64,000 nucleotides of DNA, taken from assembly GCA_964016885.1 (NCBI GenBank), contig OZ024743.1, positions 234,546,001 to 234,610,000 on the forward strand, in the 5' to 3' direction. This DNA comes from Eledone cirrhosa (Eukaryota). The notes beneath the pieces were generated by a model, which worked only from the letters and a program-made list of their open reading frames with translations, was not told the origin of the DNA and made no database searches. A program made the translations under genes and the position numbers. This document shows, one piece after another, positions 55,918 through 64,000 of this stretch; positions within the stretch are counted from its first letter, which is position 1, and each line of letters begins with the position of its first letter.

Positions 55918-56040
55918 CATACATATATATATATATATATACATACATATATATATATATATATACATACATATATATATATATATATACATACATATAT
56001 ATATATATACATACATATATATATATATATATATACATAC

Positions 56041-56106
<66 letters not shown>
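55647..56106. repeat. (TA)n-type microsatellite
   Basis: Seen directly in the sequence. Confidence 0.95.
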
Positions 56107-56108
<2 letters not shown>

Positions 56109-56256
56109 CGAAGGAAAAGTGGTAAGGAACCAGGTGGACCATAACGCACCAAAGTACTCAATACTTGAGGTAGTAGAGTGGGTAATAGGAACCAGTAAGA
56201 CCCCGACAGCTGAGCTCAAGCCGTTTCGACGGCTAATTCTGGACTGCTAATATATA

Positions 56257-58337
56257 CATGCTGAAGGCATCTGGTTCGGTGGGACACACCATGGTCACCC
56301 GGATAGTTAACCAAGTCGTACAGAATGGGGTTGTTCCGAAGGACTGGCGTAGCAGCATCATCGTTAACTGCTATAAGGGAAAAGGAGATGCCCTAGATAG
56401 GAGAAACTATAGAGGCATTAAATTAATCGACCAGGTCATGAAGGTCACGGAAAAAGTAATAGCGCAACTAATCAGAGAGAGAATTGATCTAGATGAAATG
56501 CAGTTCGGATTTGTGTCAGGCAAAAGTACCACAGACGCTCTTTTCATTGTACGACAACTACAGGAGAAGTACCTAGCTAAAAGTAAACCCCTATACTTAG
56601 CTTTCGTCGACTTGGAGAAAGCCTTCGACAGAGTCCCCCGTTCCATTATCTGGTGGTCTCTTAGAAAACCAGGTGTTGACGAATGGCTTGTGAGAGCTAT
56701 ACAAGCCATGTATAAAGAAACAGTCAGTAAGGCTAGAATTAACAACGAATATAGTGAAGAGTTTAGCGTAAAAGTTGGTGTCCATCAGGGCTCTGTTCTT
56801 AGCCCCCTACTATTTATTATTGCCCTTCAGGCTATAACAGAGGAGTTCAAGACCGGCTGCCCATGGGAACTCCTATACGCAGATGATCTAACGCTCATAG
56901 CTGAATCAATGACCGAACAAGAGAAGAAATTCCAAACATGGAAGCACGGCCTAGAATCAAAAGGCCTTAAAATTAACCTGGCTAAGACAAAAGTTCTAGT
57001 TTGTAGGAAAGAAAATATGGCGGCAGTCCCATCTGGGAAATGGCCATGCTCAGTGTGTAGGAAAGGCGTAGGTAGAAACTCCATTTTATGTTCCAAATGC
57101 AAAGTATGGGTGCATAAAAGATGTAGTGGGATCACAGGTAAGCTAACTAAGAACATAGATTTTACATGTGGCCGGTGCTCTGGTGCAATAAGTAGCAGCA
57201 AGTGCCCACAAAATACTAGCTCCTTCAACTGCGCAGAGGGTTCTATAGAAATAGTGGACAGCTTCCGTTACCTGGGTGACAAAATCAGCAGTGGGGGAGG
57301 GTGCTCTGAAAGTACAGTAGCTAGAGTCAGAACTGGATGGAAAAAGTTCAGAGAGCTTATGCCACTATTAGCCGCTAGAGGGTTCTCCCTAAAAATGAAA
57401 GGCAGGTTATACGATGCCTGCATACGAACAGCAATGCTGCATGGCAGTGAGACCTGGGCATTGTGTGCAGAGGATATACGCAGACTAGAGAGGAACGAAG
57501 CTTGCATGCTCCGCTGGATGTGCAATAGTAATATACGTGAACGGCAAAGCATAAACGAACTAAGGAAAAAATTAGAAATAAGAGGGATCAGATGTTGTTT
57601 ACTCGAGAGAAGGCTACGTTGGTACGGTCACGTGATGCGCATGAAAGACGACAGCTGTATAACAAAGTGCAGGGCAATAAAGATAGACGGTAGCCACGGA
57701 GTAGGCAGACCCAGAAAAACATGGGACGAGCTGATAAATTCCGACCTCACACGCTTACACCTCTCCAAGACAATGTCACTGGACCGAGACCTTTGGCGGT
57801 ACTCAGTAATAGAGAAGACCCGCCTTACCTAAATACAAAGTAAAAACCTACTACAGTCAGTAGGCATCTCTATCAAAACACCCCCCCGTCCCACCACCTC
57901 CACCCCATCCACACCGCCCCTTTCAATGTACAGTTATGTTGGTCCCACAACATCCAGGCCGAAACAAATGAGATCGTGTAGGTATCACGACAAAAAAACA
58001 CACAGTCCACGCTGTAAATGTGGCCGTGTAGGCAACACGGTAAAAACCTCCCAGCCCCACACTGTAAATGTGGTTGGTGTTAGGAAGGGCATCCAGCTGT
58101 AGAAAACCCGCCAGACACTCCACGCTGTAATGTGGCCGTGTAGGCAACACGGTAAAAACCTCCCAGCCCCACACTGTAAATGTGGTTGGTGTTAGGAAGG
58201 GCATCCAACTGTAGAAAACCCGCCAGACAGTCCTATGCGAGCAAGACAACCACTCTTGCCTCAAGTGGGAAAACCCCCGTCCAAACCCATGCAAGCGTGG
58301 AACACGGACGCTAAACCTGATGATGATGATGATGATA
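56257..58337 (+). mobile_element. RTE family A, 5'-truncated, uninterrupted RT ORF
   Basis: 524-aa ORF at 56258-57832; 3'UTR with duplication; (GAT)n tail. Confidence 0.95.
56258..57832 (+). CDS. RTE reverse transcriptase with PHD-like insertion (5'-truncated ORF)
   Basis: NYRGIKL, QFGF, FVDLEKAFD, HQGSVLSP, YADD, CSVC..CSKC..HKRC..CGRC, FRYLG. Confidence 0.88.
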   Translation: MLKASGSVGHTMVTRIVNQVVQNGVVPKDWRSSIIVNCYKGKGDALDRRNYRGIKLIDQVMKVTEKVIAQLIRERIDLDEMQFGFVSGKSTTDALFIVRQLQEKYLAKSKPLYLAFVDLEKAFDRVPRSIIWWSLRKPGVDEWLVRAIQAMYKETVSKARINNEYSEEFSVKVGVHQGSVLSPLLFIIALQAITEEFKTGCPWELLYADDLTLIAESMTEQEKKFQTWKHGLESKGLKINLAKTKVLVCRKENMAAVPSGKWPCSVCRKGVGRNSILCSKCKVWVHKRCSGITGKLTKNIDFTCGRCSGAISSSKCPQNTSSFNCAEGSIEIVDSFRYLGDKISSGGGCSESTVARVRTGWKKFRELMPLLAARGFSLKMKGRLYDACIRTAMLHGSETWALCAEDIRRLERNEACMLRWMCNSNIRERQSINELRKKLEIRGIRCCLLERRLRWYGHVMRMKDDSCITKCRAIKIDGSHGVGRPRKTWDELINSDLTRLHLSKTMSLDRDLWRYSVIEKTRLT

Positions 58338-58370
58338 CATATATATATATATATAAAAATATATATATAC

Positions 58371-58401
<31 letters not shown>

Positions 58402-58442
58402 AAAATATATATATATGCATATATATATATATATATATAAAA

Positions 58443-58506
<64 letters not shown>

Positions 58507-58732
58507 ATATATATAAAAATATATATATATATACATAAATTATTAAAAAAATAATGAGTAAACAAAGAAACAGTTCCTTATATTAAAAAAAATTCATTAT
58601 TTTACGATCGTTTCTAGGATATATGTGTTAGAGTTGGTATGCATATTCTATAGATCTATGTACAATATTTATACAAACTATCAGAGGGAATATACATACC
58701 TACACATATATATGCTGTCTTCAGAAATAAAC

Positions 58733-58859
<127 letters not shown>

Positions 58860-59377
58860 ATATACAATGACAACATCCGCTCCCACAGATGGACCGACTA
58901 CAACCACACCAGGGGCAACAGCTATACAACACCCTCCGCTACACCCCCCAACAACGATCTACCTACCAACGATGCTTCACACCTCATTACCGACCTAACC
59001 GGTACCCTCACCAACGACGAACTCGAACTTCTGCGCCTCGGACCCAAGTTCATCATTACACAGCATCTCGATGATAGACTGAAACTCGACATCGAAACCA
59101 ACTTCTGTCGGACAGCATATCAACTGAAATGGCTAACCGCCATCCAAAACAACACCGAGATCGATTACAACCCCACAACCCACCCCACACTCCCCATGTA
59201 CCACCTCGACAACCCACTCCACCCCCCACCCACCAACCACGAACTTGACACTAAACTACTCAGGTTGAAACATTCTATCTCTAACATCCTTTCCCAACAC
59301 ACACACACACACACAATAAACGCAACCTCACCAATGCACAATTTAATACTCTCACCAACCTAAGATCCAGGAACCTT

Positions 59378-61057
59378 GTGTACCTTCCCTCTGACAAGGG
59401 GAAAGAATTCCGTGTCATCTCGAGAGAGACCTACAACAACTTAGCTCTCCAACATCTTAATGACGACAACCTCTACTCGAAAGTCACAGGGACCTCCTCG
59501 ACTCTAATCGAGGAAGGCATTAACACCATATGGACTAACATCTGTGTCCAACGAAAACTGCCAAAGAAGGTCAAAAACAACATAATGACTCGAAACAGCA
59601 AACTACCCACCTTCTACCACCCGGTTAAAACACATAAACAAGGACCCGATTTGAAAATCAGGCCCATTGTCTCTAGCGTGGAGGGCCCACTCTACAAAAT
59701 ATCGTGGCTGCTCTCCACACTACTGAAACCCATTCTACACACACTACCAGCCCACGTCTGCAGCTCAAAGGAGGTCTTGGAGCGACTACACCATCTGGCG
59801 CCCAACACCAGAAAGGACAACGGTTATGCCTTCGGTCTTGATGTGGTTGCCCTTTATACCTCTGTACCAGCATCCCCAGCCGTCGACCTGTTGACCGAAC
59901 GAGTCCGAGCATCTAACTTTCACTGCTTCGGACTCACACACACGGACATCCACCAACTCCTCTCCTTCGTTTTGGATAATGCACTCTTCAATTTCCTCGG
60001 CCACACGTACAAACAAATCTCTGGGCTACCTATGGGCTCTAGTCTGTCTGGCATACTTGCGATCTCGTACATGGACCACCTGGAACGCAAGGCACTCCAT
60101 ACCTGCCAACCCAACGCCGTCGCCTTCTACTCCAGATACGTTGATGACATCCTGATACTTACTTCTTCCCGGGAGATGGCGAATGAAATTCACCAAATCT
60201 TCAACGATACTGACCATCACGTCGATTTCACCATCGAACACCCAGGAGAAGACGGGTCACTCGCCCTCCTCGACTTCCGTATCAACATCTCGGAAGAAGG
60301 AGACATAAACACCACCTTCTACCGCAAAGCAGCGTGCAAGGACTTATTTGTGCATTACAACTCAGCCCTCCCCAACAACGCTAAGAGAGGCTATGTCCTA
60401 AATGAACTGACACGGATCACTAACAGATGCAGCGACCCGATGGGTGGTCTCACCCATACCACGCAATTCCGTAATCTACTCAAGTCTAATGGATATCCCA
60501 AGCGACTGATTAACGGAATTAGAGACCCCAGACCCAATAGACAGACACCCACTAGAAACTTAAATAAAAGCAGGTGCTTCTTTAAAATCCCCCACCTGAG
60601 TGAATATACCACGAACGCCATCCGCAAGGCCATACGGACGGAGGGACTTGACATACATTTGGCCCACACAGGACCTTCGCTGCGAAGATGCCTCTCCAAC
60701 AAACCCGACGAGTCAGATGGGACGTGTTCCCTCAGCAACTGCCCGATACGGGGGGCAGATTGCCTACGCACCTATGTCGTATATAAGATTCAATGCGATA
60801 AATGTAACAAGTTTTACATAGGTAGCACCATCCGACCCCTACATGTTCGTATCAAGGAACATATCAACACCAACGCATCTTCCTTTCGTAAACACATCCT
60901 TAAATGCGGAAACCCACAGGGTAGACCCTTGGTCACAGTCCTAGCGACTGAACGCAGCATCGGATCCTTAAGGATAAAGGAAGCACTTGTTATTAAGAAC
61001 CTCAGACCCCCACTTAACAACCGGGCTGAGAGAAATGAGCTGACATGGCTAATTTAA
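59378..61057 (+). CDS. Penelope RT-GIY-YIG polyprotein (main portion)
   Basis: SDKG, KTHK..RPIVSS, LDVVALYTSV, QISGLPMGS, RYVDD, LALLD, YRK, Cys linker, VVYKIQCDKCNKFYIGST..RIKEH. Confidence 0.9.
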   Translation: MYLPSDKGKEFRVISRETYNNLALQHLNDDNLYSKVTGTSSTLIEEGINTIWTNICVQRKLPKKVKNNIMTRNSKLPTFYHPVKTHKQGPDLKIRPIVSSVEGPLYKISWLLSTLLKPILHTLPAHVCSSKEVLERLHHLAPNTRKDNGYAFGLDVVALYTSVPASPAVDLLTERVRASNFHCFGLTHTDIHQLLSFVLDNALFNFLGHTYKQISGLPMGSSLSGILAISYMDHLERKALHTCQPNAVAFYSRYVDDILILTSSREMANEIHQIFNDTDHHVDFTIEHPGEDGSLALLDFRINISEEGDINTTFYRKAACKDLFVHYNSALPNNAKRGYVLNELTRITNRCSDPMGGLTHTTQFRNLLKSNGYPKRLINGIRDPRPNRQTPTRNLNKSRCFFKIPHLSEYTTNAIRKAIRTEGLDIHLAHTGPSLRRCLSNKPDESDGTCSLSNCPIRGADCLRTYVVYKIQCDKCNKFYIGSTIRPLHVRIKEHINTNASSFRKHILKCGNPQGRPLVTVLATERSIGSLRIKEALVIKNLRPPLNNRAERNELTWLI

Positions 61058-61664
61058 CCATAGTGACCTTTCACAGCCCTTACGGCCTGCTATTTTCACA
61101 CACACGCACGTATATGCATACCCATACGCATACACACACACATCTATATTTATACACGCACACATGTTTTTACAACCTACCACCTTTCACACCTTTTGAT
61201 TTCCAGCTTCTACAGCCCACTATCTTTCACACACACACGCACTCACACATATACACACTTACACATATACACACACAGTTACACACGCATATATACCCAT
61301 ACGCATACACACACACATCTATATTTATACACGCACACATGTTTTACAACCTACCACCTTTCACACCCTTTGATTTCCAGCTTCTACAACCCACTATCTT
61401 TCACACACACACACACTCACACATATACACACTTACACATATACACACACAGTTACACACACATATATATTTACACACACATATTTTACGGCTTTCACAC
61501 GCTAGCACACCCTCTTGATTTAACCCATTTGGTCAGTAGCTTTTGCCACAGCCTATCACGCGCATTCTTTCCCTCATTTAAATTTTCTCCCCATAACGGC
61601 ATTCCTGTTTTAACGACATCACAACTTTCTCCGGCTTAGCCTGTTCCCCCCCTTTTTGGAACTT

Positions 61665-61700
61665 TCCCCCGTTGATGGGCGTGAGCCCGAAATATTGGGA
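61665..61700 (+). ncRNA. Minimal hammerhead-like variant in the Penelope 3' repeat
   Basis: TCCC-CCGTTGA-T-GGGC GTGA GCCC-GAAATATT-GGGA: stem I, variant core, GNRA-capped stem II and palindromic AATATT. Confidence 0.55.
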
Positions 61701-61844
61701 TTAAATCTCCACTACGGTAACCCTTCTACCTTTGTTTTGTTTTCATCTTTGTCTCTCTCAATTTTCACTTTCTCCTATTTCTCATATCTATCATTCACTT
61801 CCTACCTCGAGATTTCCCATCTGCATTGTTGTGGTTATTTTGGG

Positions 61845-64000
61845 GTTATTTTGTTAGAGATGCCTACTGACTGTAGTAGGTTTTACTTTGTATTTAGGTA
61901 ACGCTGGTCTTCTCTGTTACTGAGTACCGCCAAAGGTCTCGGTCCAGTGACATTGTCTTGGAGAGGTGTAAGTGTGTGAGGTCGGAATTTATCAGCTCGT
62001 CCCAGGTTTTTCTGGGTCTGCCTACTCCGTGGCTACCATCTATCTTTATTGCCCTGCACTTTGTTATACAGCTGTCGTCTTTCATGCGAATCACGTGACC
62101 ATACCAACGTAGCCTTCTCTCGAGTAAACAACATCTGATCCCTCTTATTTCTAATTTTTTCCTTAGTTCGTTTATGCTTTGCCGTTCGCGTATATTACTA
62201 TTACACATCCAGCGGAGCATGCAAGCTTCGTTCCTCTCTAGTCTGCGTATATCCTCTGCACACAATGCCCAGGTCTCACTGCCATGCAACATTGCTGTTC
62301 GTATGCAGGCATCATACAACCTGCCTTTCACTTTTAGGGAGAACCCTTTAGCGGCTAATAGTGGTATAAGCTCTCTGAACTTTTTCCATCCAGTTCTGAC
62401 TCTAGCTACTGTACTTTCGGAGCACCCTCCCCCACTGCTGATTTTGTCACCCAGGTAACGGAAGCTGTCCACTATTTCTATAGAACCCTCTGCGCAGTTG
62501 AAAGAGCTAGTATTTTGTGGGCACTTGCTGCTACTTATTGCACCAGAGCACCGGCCACATGTAAAATCTATGTTCTTAGTTAGCTTACCTGTGATCCCAC
62601 TACATCTTTTATGCACCCATACTTTGCATTTGGGACATAAAATAGAGTTTCTACCTATGCCTTTCCTACACACTGAGCATGGCCATTTCCCGGACGGGAC
62701 CGGCGCCCTATTTTCCTTCCTACAAACTAGAACTTTAGTCTTAGCCAGGTTAATTTTAAGGCCTTTTGATTCTAGGCCGTGCTTCCATGTTTGGAATTTC
62801 TTCTCTAGTTCGGCCATTGATTCAGCTATGAGCGTTAGATCATCTGCGTATAGGTGTTCCCATGGGCAGCTTGAACTCCACTGTTATAGCCTGAAGGGCA
62901 ATAATAAATAGTAGGGGGCTAAGAACGGAGCCCTGATGAACACCAACTTTTACGCTAAACTCTTCACTATATTCGTTGTTAATTCTAACCTTGCTGACTG
63001 TTTCTTTATACATGGCTTGTATAGCTCTCACAAGCCATTCATCAACACTTAGTTTTCTAAGAGCCCACCGGATAATGGAACGAGGGACTCTGTCGAAGGC
63101 TTTCTCCAAGTCGACAAAAGCTAAGTATAGGGGTTTACTTTTAGCTAGGTACTTCTGTAGTTGTCATACAATGAAAAGAGCATCTGTGGTACTTTTGCCT
63201 GATACAAACCCGAACTGCATTTCATCTAGATCAATTCTCTCTCTGATTAGTTGCGCTATTACTTTTTCCGTGACCTTCATGACCTGGTCGATTAATTTAA
63301 TGCCTCTATAGTTACTCCTATCTAGGGCATCTCCTTTACCCTTGTAACAGTTAATGATGATGATGCTATGCCAGTCCTTCGGAACAACCCCATTCTGTAT
63401 GACTTGGTTTACTATCCGGGTGACCATGGTGTGTCCCACCGTTCCAGAGGCTTTCAGCATCTCAGCAATATTTCCGAAGGCCCAGCCGCCTTACCCGTCT
63501 TCATATCCTTGATTGCCTTACTTATTATACTACCCTCGACTAACACTGCTGGTCCCTCTATTGGGTCGATGTGGGGGAGACTGTCTTTCTCCCATTTATT
63601 CTCCTCATTTAGTAGCCTTTCGTAGTGACACTTCCAAGCTACCTTCTTATCAGCGTCAGTGATGGCAAGTACACCATCATCATTAAGTACACACTTCTCC
63701 CCGACAATATCATGGTTTTCCTTGACACATTGCCTAGCAATCCTGAACACCTCACGTTTTTGGTCCTCGCGTTGTAGAACATGCTTGAACTTTCTTTCCT
63801 CTGCTTCCCTTCTTGCGAAGTACACTTGTTTCCTAGCTTACCTCCTGGCCACTTGATAGTCTTCTCTACTTCCCCCATCCCGCCATACTTTCCAAGCCTG
63901 CTTTTTGGCCTTAATTGACTCCCCCACCTTACTGTTCCACCACCATGTTACTCTCCTCCTGCCTATAGGCCTGCTCCAGCCACAGACTTCGTCTGCCGCC
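61845..64000 (-). mobile_element. RTE family A copy, frameshifted, runs off the window end
   Basis: ORF pieces 63454-63825, 63164-63460, 62840-63109 and 61894-62817 are collinear with 56258-57832. Confidence 0.95.

Larger units (their letters stand above)
58860..61844 (+). mobile_element. Penelope-like element (RT plus C-terminal GIY-YIG endonuclease)
   Basis: N-terminal [11 protein letters not shown] 58854-59363 (frameshift near a CA run); main ORF 59378-61057; 3' region with a ~180-bp tandem duplication and an HHR-like motif. Confidence 0.93.

Overview
Eukaryotic, AT-rich window made up almost entirely of transposable elements and microsatellites. The SINE families and the very high (TA)n load suggest a coleoid cephalopod, probably an octopod; this is inference from recalled family sequences, not a search. 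Retroelements: CRE-clade RLE non-LTR copies; two young RTE LINE families (about 10 copies) whose RT carries an inserted C4HC3 PHD-like finger; a CR1-group LINE; a near-complete Penelope-like element with a hammerhead-like motif; a complete 4.2-kb Ty3/Gypsy element (5-bp TSD, -1 frameshift slippery site plus pseudoknot, no canonical PBS); and two tRNA-derived SINE families. DNA elements: a full-length Buster/SPIN-type hAT with an 8-bp TSD, several MITEs and a non-autonomous Helitron. Other structure: a very homogeneous 28 x 103-bp tandem array next to a promoter-like island. No complete host gene is evident. The best candidate is a 177-nt splice-site-flanked exon encoding a pipsqueak-type HTH. 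Most notable signals: hammerhead-bearing fold-back elements, recurrent perfect inverted duplications anchored on (TA)n tracts, a pseudoknot module shared by LINE 5'UTR, LINE 3'UTR and a SINE, and the array/promoter/chimeric-ORF unit at 47.8-52 kb.
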